Made by a program: the position numbers and the translations under genes. From Octopus sinensis (taxonomy: Eukaryota): a DNA stretch of 64,000 nucleotides. Below the pieces are notes generated by a model. It was not told where the DNA came from and made no database searches. It was given only the letters and a program-made list of their open reading frames with translations. The stretch is taken from positions 69,874,001 to 69,938,000 of the forward strand of contig NC_043006.1 in the NCBI RefSeq assembly GCF_006345805.1. The letters are read 5' to 3'. Numbering within the stretch: the stretch's first letter is position 1; every line of letters begins with the position of its first letter. This document shows, in pieces, positions 27,528 to 42,105 of the stretch.

Positions 27528-27844
27528 TAGATATATACATAGAGAGAGTGAGAAAGAGAGAGACAAGCAGACAGACAGACACATAGACAGAAGGCAGAGA
27601 CAGAGAGACAGAAAGAGAGAATGAGACAAAGAGAGAGAGAGAGAGAAGTACCGGTATGTTAAACAAAAATTCTTGATACCTTAAAATTGTAACCGTCGCA
27701 AGAGAATATACCACAATAGCCAAATCGCAATTATAGAAGGGAAGATTAATCTCAAGATACAAAATGTTTCTAAAACTGACGTTCGCTGCTTTACGTCAAA
27801 CGAAAAAGACAGAAGAGCTCAATACATATTATTGAGGAAATGGT

Positions 27845-28030
27845 GAATCCCGAGTAGTGGGGTGACTGGCGTTAGGAATGGAGTCCAGCCGTAGAAACTA
27901 TACCAGAACAGAGAATGAAGCCTGGTGTGGACCCTGGGCTTACCAGGTCCAATCAAAGCGTTCAACTTATCCCAAGACGGAAAACGGACGTTAAATTATA
28001 GTCATAATGATGATGATGATGACGATGATG
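27845..28030 (+). mobile_element. Retroposon 3' end with (GAT)n tail (RTE-type tail)
   Basis: ggcgttagga..ccagccgtagaaac..ggaaaacggacgttaa followed by gatgatgatg. Confidence 0.55.
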
Positions 28031-28704
28031 ATATATTTACAGTAAAATCATGTGACTACAGTTAAAACCTCTAGCTCTTCTCCTCAGACTTATTTGGGAT
28101 TCTAACTCTGCAGCGTCCAGTGAATTAATCGACATATTGAGTTATCTCCTTTTGTGGTCACAGGATCTTTAGTTTTCCAGAAACCCTCAAACCTAAAACG
28201 TTTCGAAATTGATATATAATTGTACACACACATACGCACACAAACAAACAAAAAGACAGACAAATGCGCGCGCGTTCACACACAAGCACACACGCATTTC
28301 CTTTTAGTAGTATAGTTTTAATAACTTCGTTTTTGTCATCTCACCTACTTGCGTAATTATCTTGTTTCAACAGTTCATGAAACATTACTAATAACAGTTA
28401 GGGAAATATAACTTTCCTATTTTGTATTCATGTCCCAGAGAGACAAAACAGCAGTAGTTTGCGACCCTAAAACTTTCATCTTGACAAACTTGAAACATTC
28501 GTTCCATTAGAGTAATTGCAAAAACCCAGAAATAACTCTTTAACCACTTACCATATTCTTCTAAATTACTCGATCACAACCAACAAATTACTATCAAAAC
28601 GTTCTCTTAATTAGGTTCATTAATTGTGTTATTATGAATATTTTTCTCCTAAATTGTTTTTCGCCATTATCTTTTTTTTTTTTTTTTTTGTATACGTTCA
28701 GCTA

Positions 28705-30362
28705 TCACAAATATTCCTCGACTTTGTTTCGGAGTATTTTTTATATTCCTCTCATAAGAGATTTGGTATACTCCGAATAAGTAACAAATATTCCGTCGAT
28801 TATATTTCGGTGTATATTTATATTCTTGGCATAAGACATTATTTATACTCCGAATAAGTAACAAATATTCCGTCGACTTTATTTAGTGTATTTTTTTATA
28901 TTCCTAGCATATATGATTATTTATACTCCGAATGAGTAACAAATATTCCGTCGACTTTCTTTCAGTGTATTTTTTTATATTCCTAGCATATATGATTATT
29001 TATACTCCGAATAAGTAACAAATATTCCGTCGACTTTCTTTCAGTGTATTTTGTTTATATTCCTAGCATATATGATTATTTATACTCCGAATGAGTAACA
29101 AATATTCCGTCGACTTTCTTTCAGTGTATTTTTTTATATTCCTAGCATATATGATTATTTATACTCCGAATGAGTAACAAATATTCCGTCGACTTTCTTT
29201 CAGTGTATTTTTTTATATTCCTAGCATATATGATTATTTATACTCCGAATAAGTAACAAATATTCCGTCGACTTTATTTCAGTGTATTTTTTTTATATTC
29301 CTAGCATATATGATTATTTATACTCCGAATGAGTAACAAATATTCCGTCGACTTTCTTTCAGTGTATTTTTTTATATTCCTAGCATATATGATTATTTAT
29401 AATCCGAATGAGTAACAAATATTCCGTCGACTTTATTTCAGTGTATTTTTTTATATTCCTAGCATATATGATTATTTATACTCCGAATGAGTAACAAATA
29501 TTCCGTCGACTTTCTTTCAGTGTATTTTTTTATATTCCTAGCATATATGATTATTTATACTCCGAATGAGTAACAAATATTCCGTCGACTTTATTTCAGT
29601 GTATTTTTTTATATTCCTAGCATATATGATTATTTATACTCCGAATGAGTAACAAATATTCCGTCGACTTTCTTTCAGTGTATTTTTTTATATTCCTAGC
29701 ATATATGATTATTTATACTCCGAATGAGTAACAAATATTCCGTCGACTTTATTTCAGTGTATTTTTTTATATTCCTAGCATATATGATTATTTATACTCC
29801 GAATGAGTAACAAATATTCCGTCGACTTTCTTTCAGTGTATTTTTTTATATTCCTAGCATATATGATTATTTATACTCCGAATAAGTAACAAATATTCCG
29901 TCGACTTTATTTCAGTGTATTTTTTTTATATTCCTAGCATATATGATTATTTATACTCCGAATGAGTAACAAATATTCCGTCGACTTTCTTTCAGTGTAT
30001 TTTTTTATATTCCTAGCATATATGATTATTTATACTCCGAATGAGTAACAAATATTCCGTCGACTTTCTTTCAGTGTATTTTTTTATATTCCTAGCATAT
30101 ATGATTATTTATACTCCGAATGAGTAACAAATATTCCGTCGACTTTCTTTCAGTGTATTTTTTTTATATTCCTAGCATATATGATTATTTATACTCCGAA
30201 TAAGTAACAAATATTCCGTCGAATTTATTTCAGTGTATTTTTTATATTCCTCGCGTAAAAGATTATTTATACTCCGAATAGGTAACAAATATTCCGTCGA
30301 TAGCATTTCAGTGTATTTTTCATTTTCCTATCATAACAGATTAATTATACTCCGAATAAGTA
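28705..30362. repeat. 79-81-bp tandem satellite, about 21 units
   Basis: Unit tactccgaat(g/a)agtaacaaatattccgtcgacttt(c/a)tttcagtgtat(T)natattcctagcatatatgattattta; edge units are diverged. Confidence 0.97.
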
Positions 30363-30839
30363 ACTGGTCTCTACTTTTTCTATGACATCTCTATTTTAGT
30401 CCATGTTTGTTCAGTCAAATCTGCCCCATTTTTCATAGCTTTTATTCCAGTATTATTTCATTCGTACTGTCGTGTTATGATTTATGTTTTCCAATTTATA
30501 ATTCTTCGGCAATCAACACAAATAACTAATGATGGCTTAAACTCATACATTATTAATTTGACACAATATTCAGAAGACCGGCCACATTCTAACATAAACA
30601 TGATTTATTTTACTCTTTGTACTCTCCACCAAATATATTGCTTCTGTGTTAGTCAACTAAAAGATAGAAATTAGACCAAATATGTTAACTTCCAAATTTG
30701 ATTTAAATACAAGCTTATATATATGTACGTACTCTAATATATGCACACATACGCACACAAACTCACACGCAGAGACACACGTATACAGATGTTGACGCTA
30801 GGTGGTTTTCTTCTCTCGAGTATCTGCTTCAACTCTTAA

Positions 30840-31430
30840 AAATGGGCGCACACTATCTTAGGACCAGTGAACACCTTAACAGAATATAAATGTCTCAACC
30901 TATTCAATATAAACAATATAATATGAGAACAGCAGCATAAAAACTAAATAAACGCACCAAACAATAATTAAACAATGCCAAGGAATGTAGAACTGATAAA
31001 CTCAGTCATACAACTTCATTAGAACAAAAGAAAAAGACTTTTGCGTGGAAATTGTCCAAAAACAAATATAGCCTGCGACATAATAGTAACACAAGAAAAG
31101 GAAAACTACATCAGAACAACCAGTAGAACCTTCAAAGATCGATGCATACAACACATGCATATATATTAAGCTGTAAACATAACAAGCAAGAATTACAAAA
31201 TCCCTATATAACAAATGTGGGAGTTAAAAGAACAGGATAAAAGCAAGCATCAAATGGGAAATAGAAGTCTGTGTTCTATAGTACAGAAATAGTTCAGAAT
31301 CCTGCAATGTGTGTATCAGGGAAAATACAAAATAATCATACAAAATAAGTGTACACTAAGCAAGAATAACGAGATCATGTCATGCTACAGACACTAAAAT
31401 AATCTCATCTCCAAAAGATGGTCGGAACCA
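30840..31430 (+). mobile_element. Degenerate PLE GIY-YIG region
   Basis: Translates RGNCPKTNIACDIIVTQEKENYIRTTSRTFKDRCITH..IKWEI..CNVCIRE..NEIMSCYRH. Confidence 0.7.
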
Positions 31431-32133
31431 CAAATAAGACAAAAAATATCGGCGAACGCCACACACACTCACACACTCAGACACACATGTATTCACTTTC
31501 ACGCACACACAGCCATATACACAGATACTCTCACATGCACACTTGTTACAAAGAAACAATGACATTCACAAAAATCAAACCGTAATAGCGAAATCACATT
31601 ATGCGTAGGATAAACTACCACGAACGCGCGCGCGCACACACACACCTCCTATTCATAGGCGCAAAGGCATAAGTAAGAGCAAACACTGATCACAAACTGA
31701 CATCGACGCATATAAACGAACATTAACAAATTCACTGAAGCAAATATAATGATATACAAAATAAAATTCGAATGTACACATACATCAAAACACCCGAAAC
31801 ACTCTGGTGATCAAAACGAAATGCAAAGACACACACACACACAACACACACACACACACACACACAAAGAGGTTAGCAAAAATGACCAGAATAATTCACT
31901 CTAGTTTCAGTGCTGATGCCAACACTCATTAATACGATACAAAATGCTCCAAACAAGAAAAATGTATAAATTTATACACATCAGTTTTCTTTGAAAGAAA
32001 TATTCAGTCGTAGAAGTCATGCTAAAATTTAAATGTAAGCGTGAGATGTGATCTTACATCCATATTTGATGACAGTAACTTAGAATAAAACCGATGCGGA
32101 TCGGTAGTGCCCGGTCTAAACCTGCAACATGTA

Positions 32134-32194
<61 letters not shown>

Positions 32195-32353
32195 TTATCA
32201 CCGTAAAACGTTGGAGTGTACATACATATACACATATACACACACACACACATATATATATATATGCATGCTTGTAAGTGTATATATAAAACACTTATAC
32301 CTACATACTCACACACACACACATATACAAATACATACATATATATATGTATA

Positions 32354-32408
<55 letters not shown>

Positions 32409-33225
32409 TATATATACATACACGTATACACACACGTATATATATATAGAAATATATATATAAAATATATGTATATGTAAATATATATATATACATATAT
32501 AAATTACATATATATGTGTATGCTATATGTACAAATACACGTATACATATATGTATGTCTTTAGAAATGTAGGGACACGTGTACATGTTTTAATAAGGGT
32601 AAATGCGTGTTCATATATAAAGATATGTATATAAATACATACACTTATATACGTGTGTATGCATATATATATACACATATATAACTTTATATGCAAACAT
32701 ATATATTTACTCACAAATATACATACGAACTAATATATAAATATATATGTTTGCATGTGTACATATATGTATATACGCACATAACTATACAAATATTTCC
32801 GTAAAGAAACACATCCACACATATAAATACATATATACTCAATCCACAGTGATGGAATTCGAGCATTAATTCCATATTTGCATTTCATGTAAAGTCTCCA
32901 AGATCTGAAGAATATCTTCGATCGATATTTAACCAAATTCAATATTTCTCTGCTCTTTGACTTCTATCCCGTTTTAATGCTTTTTTTTATTATTTCATCT
33001 CATTCCGTATCGCTTTCTCCATAAATTTAATGTTTCTTTTGTTTTTTATTGGTTTCAACTGATTTTCTGCTGTTTATGTTCTGTAGTTTAACATGAGCGC
33101 CTGTGTATGTTTGCATGAATGTGCGCGTTAGAGTGAGCGAGATCGAGAGAACATTATACATACATACATACATATATATATAGACATATATATACATATA
33201 CATATATATATATAATATATATATT

Positions 33226-33297
<72 letters not shown>

Positions 33298-33504
33298 CAT
33301 ATATATATATCAACATATATATGGGTATAGATGTTTAAGCATCTAGAAGGGTATTTTATCTATATTTAGATTAACATGTGTGTGTCTGCGTGTATCTGTG
33401 TGTGTTTGTGTGTGCATGTGTTATAACGAGTGAGATTGAGAGAACATACATATAAGTAAATATATATATATATATATATGCATATATAACAGCACATACA
33501 TGGA

Positions 33505-33545
<41 letters not shown>

Positions 33546-33577
33546 AGACAGATAGACAAACAGACAGACAGACAGAC

Positions 33578-33612
<35 letters not shown>

Positions 33613-33617
33613 CAGAC

Positions 33618-33692
<75 letters not shown>

Positions 33693-33727
33693 GAGACAGA
33701 CAGACAGACAGATACATAGATAGATAC

Positions 33728-33787
<60 letters not shown>

Positions 33788-33788
33788 T

Positions 33789-33820
<32 letters not shown>

Positions 33821-33867
33821 GACAGACAGAAAGGCAAACAGACAGACAGACAGGCAGACAGACAGAC

Positions 33868-33918
<51 letters not shown>

Positions 33919-33927
33919 TAGACAGAC

Positions 33928-33994
<67 letters not shown>

Positions 33995-34000
33995 CAGAGG

Positions 34001-34034
<34 letters not shown>

Positions 34035-34351
34035 GAGTCAGACAGACATGAGTGTTAATATGTTTAATCGTATGTGGGAAATGATGTGTATGTTTATGTG
34101 ATGCATAACTGTATAAATACTTTTTCTTTTATTCATTTCTTCGTCCTCCTTCGTCTCATTTTTGTATTTTTCCTTTTGCGTATTTGTTTATCGTAGTAAT
34201 TAATTGTGCAATTATCGTTATATGCATGCCTGCCCGTATTTAACTTTATATGTATGCATGTATATATATGTTTGTTCATGCATACATATACTTGGGTGTG
34301 TATGCATGTGTATGTGAGTGCGTGCGTGTGTATATATATATATTATATATA

Positions 34352-34398
<47 letters not shown>

Positions 34399-34605
34399 AT
34401 ATATGTATATATAAATATGTATATATGTTATATATACACATATATATACATACATATATATATATATATGAGTGTGTGTGTGTTTGTATGTATATACATA
34501 TAAATATGCATTCATATATATATATTTTAAATGTACTTTTATATATGATCTAAATACATGAATACGTATGTATATGTATGTATGTATATATATATTATAT
34601 ATATA

Positions 34606-34639
<34 letters not shown>

Positions 34640-34855
34640 CATACATATACATATATATATATATACATGCACACACACGCAGGCACACACACATACACAC
34701 ACACACAACACACATATATATATATATATGTGTGTGTGTGTATGTGTGTGTGTGTGTGTGCGTGTGGATGTATGTATATCTGTTCAAGTGGAGAGTATGC
34801 ATGGATCTGAAATATTTTCTAACCATATTTCTGTCTCACCCCTTCTCTTCCGCTT

Positions 34856-34890
<35 letters not shown>

Positions 34891-35294
34891 ATATGTGTAT
34901 ATGTGTGTGTGTGTTTGTATGTGTATGCATATCCACCCATACATAAACAGAGACATACATGTGTACATATATGTATAGAAACAAGTATAGAAACATGCAT
35001 TCATTCAAATGTGCATAAGTATCTGTACGCATACTTAGATACATAAAAGCATTTTCTTGCCATATTTTCTGTGACCAGCTTGAATTTTGAAAGTAGATAA
35101 ATTTAATATATCCCTAAAAAAGATGGGCATGTATACACATACACACAGACACATACACATACACACTTATATATACATATATATATATGAAAATGTATAT
35201 ATTGATATAAATAGATATGGTATATATATGTATGTATATATATATATATAGTTAATCCAAACAAGAAAACACAGAAAAAAAGAGAAAAAAAAAA

Positions 35295-35465
35295 CACAGC
35301 AACGCGAGGACGTGGAACAATTAAAGTATTATTGACACTCAGGAAAGAAGGGAAGGAGGGTTTAACGTTTCGAGCGGAGCTCTTCGTCGGAAACCAGGAG
35401 AAGGAAAGATCCCAAGAAGGGAAGACAGAGGAAAAAAGTTTTTTGCTGGTGGTGCTCAAGAGATC
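35295..35465 (-). mobile_element. Short HHR-bearing interspersed repeat (second copy at 44565-44737)
   Basis: About 170 bp shared between the two loci, both in (TA)/(CA) tracts. Confidence 0.8.
35359..35395 (-). ncRNA. Minimal type I hammerhead ribozyme, U4C core variant
   Basis: Minus strand reads GGUUU-CCGACGA-A-GAGC(ucc)GCUC-GAA-ACGU-U-AAACC. Confidence 0.7.
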
Positions 35466-35535
35466 ACACATATATACACACACCACAGACAGGCACACAC
35501 GCACCACACACACACACACACACACACACCATATA

Positions 35536-35582
<47 letters not shown>

Positions 35583-35613
35583 ATAATATATATATATCTA
35601 TACATAGAATATA

Positions 35614-36890
35614 TTAGGTTGTCAAGAAAGTTATTGAGGAATTTTAAATTTTGGTTTTAAATGATGCATTTTCAAATTAATTTTCCTTAAATTACATTGA
35701 CTTTATATATCATTTCAAAGCCCGTTTCGTTGCTCTATCTAATCGTGTTACTGTTTTCTTTTTAATAATTAGGCCATTTTTTCGGAACTTTGTATACAAC
35801 ATGGACAAAAAGCAAATACGCACAATTTTCTTATACCAGTTCAGGTTAGGCCGAAAACCTGCTGAAACATCTCGCGATATCAATGATGCGTTTGGCACAA
35901 GAACCACTAATGAACGTACAGCACAATGGTGATTCGAGAAATTTCGTAGTGGTTACGGGTCTTGAAGATGATAAGTGTAGTGATCGGCCATCGAATGTTG
36001 AAAACAGTCAACTATGAGCCTTAGTGGAAGCCAATCAACGCACAACTGTTCGAGAGCTTGTTTCTGAATTAGACGTAACATATACAATTTCCAACCACTT
36101 GAAAGAGATTGGAAAAACAAAAATACTTGAGAAATGGGTCCCGCACGAATTGAACGACAACCAAACAAAAAATAAATAAATAAAAGCGCCGTTTTGAAGT
36201 GTCGTCTTCCCTTCTTTTACGCAACAAGAATGACCCATTTCTCAACCGGATTGTGACGTGCGATGAAAAGAGGATTCTTTACGACAACCAACAAAGCTCA
36301 GCTCAGTGGTTGGACACTGATGAAGCTCCACGGCACTTCCCGAAACCAAAGTTGCACCAAAAGAAGGTCGTGGTGACTGTTTAGTGGTCTACGGCCGGTC
36401 TCATCCGTCACAGCTTTTTAGATCCAGGCGAAACCATTACAGCGGAGAAGTACTGTCAGCAAATGGATGAAATGTATAAGAAACTCTGACAACAACAGCC
36501 ACCATTGGTCAATAGAAAAGGACCAATTCTTCTCCACGACAACGCTCGACCGCAGCAGAAGTTGAACGATTTGGGCTATAAAACTCTGCCTCATCCGCCA
36601 TACTCACCAGACCTTTCGCTTACCAACTACCACTTTTTCAAGCATCTCAACAACTTCCTGCGTTAGAAATGCTTCAAAAACCAAGACAATGCCAGACACG
36701 CCTTCAACGACTTCATCGCCACCAGAACGTATGATTTTTACGCTACTGACATAAATAAACTTGTTTCGCGTTGGCAAACGTGTGTTGATTCTGATGGTGT
36801 CTATTTCGATTAATAAAGTTTTATTTGAGCCGATATATTTGCATCTGAATTTAAAGATTAAAAACCGCAAGAACTTTCTTGACAACTTAA
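35614..36890 (+). mobile_element. Full-length degenerate mariner, cecropia subfamily (Hsmar1/SETMAR-like); pseudo-ORF 35801-36813
   Basis: TIRs ttaggttgtcaagaaag / ctttcttgacaacttaa with TA target duplication. Translates MDKKQIRTIFLYQF..KWVPHEL..RIVTCDEK..LLHDNARP..HPPYSPDL, with several stops and frameshifts. Confidence 0.96.
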
Positions 36891-37384
36891 TACATGCATA
36901 CATACATAAATACAGACAATATATTGGAATCTGAAATAGATACTTATCTCGAGTTTCTCGTCCCAAATGCACGGACGATGATGGAAACTGAAACGTAAGA
37001 CAAGTGCTTAAAAGGTATTTTTGAAATGTATTTTAACATGGTGTTTTTAAGAACACTTAAATTGTACTCTCAGATGACCTTTTGAACACGTACAACTGAG
37101 CTAGTTTATCATTTAAGTATATATATGAGCATGTTTAGATATGCAACTATATGCATGAGAATACATACATAAATCAGAACAGACAAATCTGGACAAATAC
37201 ATACATACGTACATACACACATACAAAAATACCCTGTTGTTTACATTGAAATTCCTATGAAGGAACCTTGAATCTAGGTTAGAAACCGGCTAGAAATCAT
37301 GAAATAAAACTGAATTAGGATATACATACATACGTAGAAGTACACACGTATATTCATAGGTAAATGTAAAGCTATCCTCTTATC

Positions 37385-37590
37385 GGGGCCGATTTTCCTG
37401 TTTCATGGCGATTTCCCCCGCCCATACGGGACGCCGGTCCGTCGCAAGATTACTCATTTTTGCCAGCTGACTGGACTGGAGCAACGTAAAATGAAGTGTC
37501 TTCCTCAAGGACCCAACGCGTCGCCCGGTCCAGGAATCGAAACCCCAATCTTACGACCACGAGTCCAACATCCCTAACCACTAAGCCACC
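37385..37590 (-). mobile_element. SINE family C variant
   Basis: Reversed tRNA head (ggaatcgaaacc..ccctaaccactaagccac). Confidence 0.75.
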
Positions 37591-37878
37591 GAGCATATAA
37601 GTGGCTGCAAAATTACTGGCACCGCCATAAAAGCGGCATCAATGTATTAATGGAGCATTAAGGGTGTAATAAGGGTGTCAGAAGATGTTGTCTTATGAAA
37701 TGTAATTCACATGTTCATTCAGAGAAGCGAGTGTTTTCTGGGTCAGTCGTTCAGGGTACTACAGCGTCGACTCCATCTTCACAGAGGTTGGATTACATTT
37801 TCTGGGTAGGAACACTGTTGTGTATGTGCATTTTTATCTGTAGGTGTGCTTATATGTTTTTTTTTTGTGTGCATCTGT

Positions 37879-37936
<58 letters not shown>

Positions 37937-38289
37937 AATTGCAAGATGGATAGGACCATGCAGAGACAGGAAAAAGCATATAACAAAAAAATAGACATGT
38001 GATAGATATTTAACAGTATACAAATACATACACATGTGTAATTCCGTGTGTGTCTGTGTCTGTCTGTGTGAGTCTGTTCCTTTGTGAGTATGAGTGTGTG
38101 TGTGTTGATGGTATGTAAATATCTGCTTCATGTTGGTGGTGGTGGTGGTGGTGGTGGAAATGGAGGTGGTAGTGGTGGATGTGATGGAGGTGGTGGAGGT
38201 GGTGGTGGAGAATGGACTGTAAAGTGTACTTTTTGAAATTGAACTAAGTTTTTTTTAATATATCACTTACCACTTAACACATACGCATA

Positions 38290-38665
38290 AGTGCAATTCC
38301 GTGAAATATTCACGATTATTGACGTGTCAGATATATGCAATTTAACTAAAAGTCGTATCATATGTACGGGATATATTTTTCCTGTTGTTTATGGGAAAAA
38401 TGGAAAAATAAGAGTGAATATTTATTTTATGAGTGCTGTTTATTACGTCTATAAAATTGTGCATAAAGTATATAAAGTGCATATATAAAGTGCATTAAGT
38501 AATCATTGTATTCTAATTTCTTTCACTTTTCAATGTGTTGCAGATGAGTGACTAGCTTTCCATACAGACACTACACAGGCTACGCTTTCAGTTTTTTTTG
38601 ATAATGTTTTCGGAAATAGCCTAAGTTTACCATTAATTCCGTGAAATATTCACGGTTCCCGCTAG
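38290..38665 (+). mobile_element. Helitron-like 3' terminus with a duplicated subterminal hairpin
   Basis: ccgtgaa-ata-ttcacgg hairpin (38639-38655), 6 nt, then CTAG|T. A second hairpin copy is at 38299. Confidence 0.55.
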
Positions 38666-40177
38666 TTATTTATAAATGTTCTGAAAAAGCTTATTGTCAC
38701 ACAGGCACTTCAGCTATAAAGTTCAAATCCAGATTTCCAAATCACACATTCCTTTAAATATATATAAAAAAGAAAATGTTACGTCATGGAGGAAACTCAT
38801 ATGGAACCTCAAGGAGAATAATGTTAAATAATCTATCGTTTGATCTATAATAGAGAGTACTCTATCACACAATGGAAAGGATTTTTCGTGTAATTTACGC
38901 CAGGAGTAAGTGATGTAACTTATCGAACGTAATTCCAATTTAATTAATAAACATAATGATCTTCTGATTCGCATTTCACAATTTCACAGAAGAACATTCG
39001 TGGCATTTCCAAATAAAGATCCAAAATTGTTAGCTTATCCTAGTACAAATAAATTTATTGCCTTTGTTATGTTACGACTAATTATATCTCTTCTTATCTA
39101 CAACCAAGAATTTTACAAAAAATTTCCCAACTAACCGGAATTAGAATTAATTCATTCGATTCTTGGATCATATTTTAATGATTCCCCTTCCTCATTTGTG
39201 TTTTTCTCCTTAATTAGCTTATATGAAGTTTTTTTCTCACTATTTTGAAATTTATCCCAATTTCTATTCATGGTGTTTAATATCCACGCCGAAAGTAATA
39301 TAGTTTATCCTTGCTTCCGTTTATATTTATTTAATGGATTTCTAGATAACGTTGCTAATTTAATTTCTTTTTTCGAATCTATTTTATGTAATGGAATTTT
39401 ATGATTGCAAATTTGAAATTCCCAAGTAATGTAAACAGGCAACGTTATTGCAGTATATTCTACTGGCTACTGTTTATTGCTTTGCACTTAAATGACTTTA
39501 AACATTTAAATATGAATTAATTTAGACATTAAGTAGACACTATTATTATCATTTTCCCACAGACATTCTTTCTCCAGCATCTGATAGCAGAACTAACTCC
39601 CACAATGAACTCACTTTAGGATAAGAAATAATGTGAGAAAATCTGATGTCAAACTTCTGCTAACCCCCTCCACTAAATAAGATTGAGCATATCTTGCTGT
39701 AAGTACTACAACTGCTCTTAGAATGGCTCGAGAGATAACTCTTCCATAGATTGTTTGATTGATCGATTAATCAATGAATCGAGTAAGCTTGCAATCCATA
39801 ATATATAATAGCTACAGTTCGGCGGATCATTTGAAACAAGTGTAAGCGAAAAAATGTCATATGAATATAAATCTTCATTTAATATTTCATTACCAATATA
39901 ATCAGTGTTTATGGCACGAAAATCACTGATTGTTAATAAACCTCATATTTACAGTTTGCACCTGTCACGCAGAATTAACAACATATGCAGATTACAATAA
40001 TCTTAATTGGACATTCCTTTAGCCGAGTTTTATACACAGATAGCTTAGTGATGTTTTCGCTTGAATATTTTTAATCTTTATTTTCTGACATATACACATA
40101 TATACTTATATATCTGTTATCTTAAAAGCGTTTAGTAAAATGTCTCGAACAGATAAAGAGTTTTTTTAGTGTGTGAA

Positions 40178-40218
<41 letters not shown>

Positions 40219-40219
40219 G

Positions 40220-40254
<35 letters not shown>

Positions 40255-40768
40255 GTCTATCTATCTATTTATCTATCTATCTACCTATCTCTCTATCTAT
40301 CTATATATGTATATATCTATATATATATATATGTATGTATGTATATATATATATGTATGCATATATAAATGTATATGTATGTATGCATGTATGTATATAT
40401 ATATTATATATATATGCATACATATATATACATATATACATATATGTATATGTATATATACATATATATTTATATATATGCATGTATATATGTTTATATA
40501 TATATATACATATGTATGTATGTATGTATATATATATGTATATATATATATATATGTATACACACACACACACACACCACCACACACACACACACACACG
40601 CATATATATATATATATATTTCTGTACATATAAATACAAAGAAAATTATTTTCCCCTTATATTAAATTGGTGAGTTTATTTCCATTAAACAAAAAACATA
40701 TATCTATATAAAATTTCGACGCAATATCAAACTATTCTCAGTATTTCTCCTATATATACATATATGTA

Positions 40769-42100
40769 CTAGCAGAGATACCCGGCGTTGCTCGGGATTT
40801 AAATGGCATAGTTTGTATATATGATATCGTTAGGTTGAAACATATGATACGGGGAAGAGCAGCATTGACGATAAAACATTTGTGGAGTAAATTCCAGGCC
40901 CTAATCTTGTCATGGAAATGTGAGTGGAGGGGTATATAATTTTTGAACGCACCAAAAAGCTCTGAGTGGATATACTCTTCTGTGTGACTGTCGGCGCTGC
41001 TGCTACCACGCTAAACAACCAGCAGATATAGGAGCTACATGTATGTGATAATTTAAGCTTGGTGGCGCGTTCAGCAGCATCACATGAGAGAAATCTACAT
41101 GAAAGACATGGCGTGATAAGGGAGCGGGTAGATTGGCAAGGAAGCGCTTGAAAACAACATTGTCATGCGATATTTCGGCTTGGAATCAATAGTTGTGGCT
41201 CAACAGTGCACTCTTTCGCGTGAACAACGTATGACCATAGTGAGGACAACTTAACTCAGAAACGAGAATAATTCTGCATGCAGCGTCGGGGTATGCAAGG
41301 TAACATTAAGGACACGGTCTCTAAAAAAAGTGATTGGATCACGTGACGTTTGTGTCACGTGGCGTTTGTGTTGCTGACGTTGTTGGGAATCAATAGTCGT
41401 AGCTCAACCTTGCACGCCTTCGTGTAAACAGCGTGCAACCATTGTGAGGACAATTAAGCTCTCAAACGAAAAAAATTCTGCACGCAAGGTCACATTAAGT
41501 AGACAGTCTCTAACTAACGTGGTTGGATCTTAGACACCATAAATTAGTAGGTTAATATACATGCGATATTTCAGCGGAAGAATATTTGTTTGGGATTCGT
41601 CTATTCTTAGAAGGAAGGCTTTGATACTGAAGCTAAAAGAAAACAGTTGAATAGCTGTTCAGGATTTAACATAGTTTACCATATCTTTCATAATAAACAT
41701 AGTGTGTTCCAAACGGTTCTTATTCCAACAAATTGCTATATGTGGTACTACGAGAACAGGCTATTATTGCTACCACTTAGACAACGCAGTTTGAAGCCTA
41801 CATCGGTACATCCATTTAATACAACCTACTTATAACATTTCAGTAGTTGTTTTTTCCAGTTTGAACAGAAGCAACGCGTGGACCATGCAGGCAGTCGTAC
41901 GTACCCCATGACTCATTACGTGAAAAATTTTAAGAGTTTAAAACTATCTCTGGATCATAAGTAATGGATTCCCAGTTTGGAAAAAATCAGTTGCGAGCTT
42001 CAGAAGTTGTGCGAGTTTACACACATACACACCACACATATACACGCACACATCGTCAGTTACACACATACATATGCTTATATGCAAATGTATATATATA
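40769..42100 (-). mobile_element. Non-autonomous Helitron-like element with internal diverged ~205-bp repeats
   Basis: Minus-strand 3' end: cccg-agcaacgc-cggg hairpin, 8 nt, then CTAG|T at 40769. Repeats at about 41180-41340 and 41385-41530. Confidence 0.6.
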
Positions 42101-42105
42101 TATAA

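Noticed and set aside
28705-30362. CRISPR-like appearance of the 79-bp array
   Set aside because: There are no unique spacers, the units are contiguous, there are no cas genes and the context is eukaryotic.
36965-37005. HHR-like cggacgatgatggaaactgaaacgta
   Set aside because: The core is altered and no convincing stem I or stem II can be formed.
39563-39702. Exon-like segment with AG/GT boundaries (also near 5527, 38544, 54930 and 55360-55548)
   Set aside because: No open frame runs through to a donor site (the frames checked hit stops), and such splice-like motifs are frequent by chance in AT-rich DNA.
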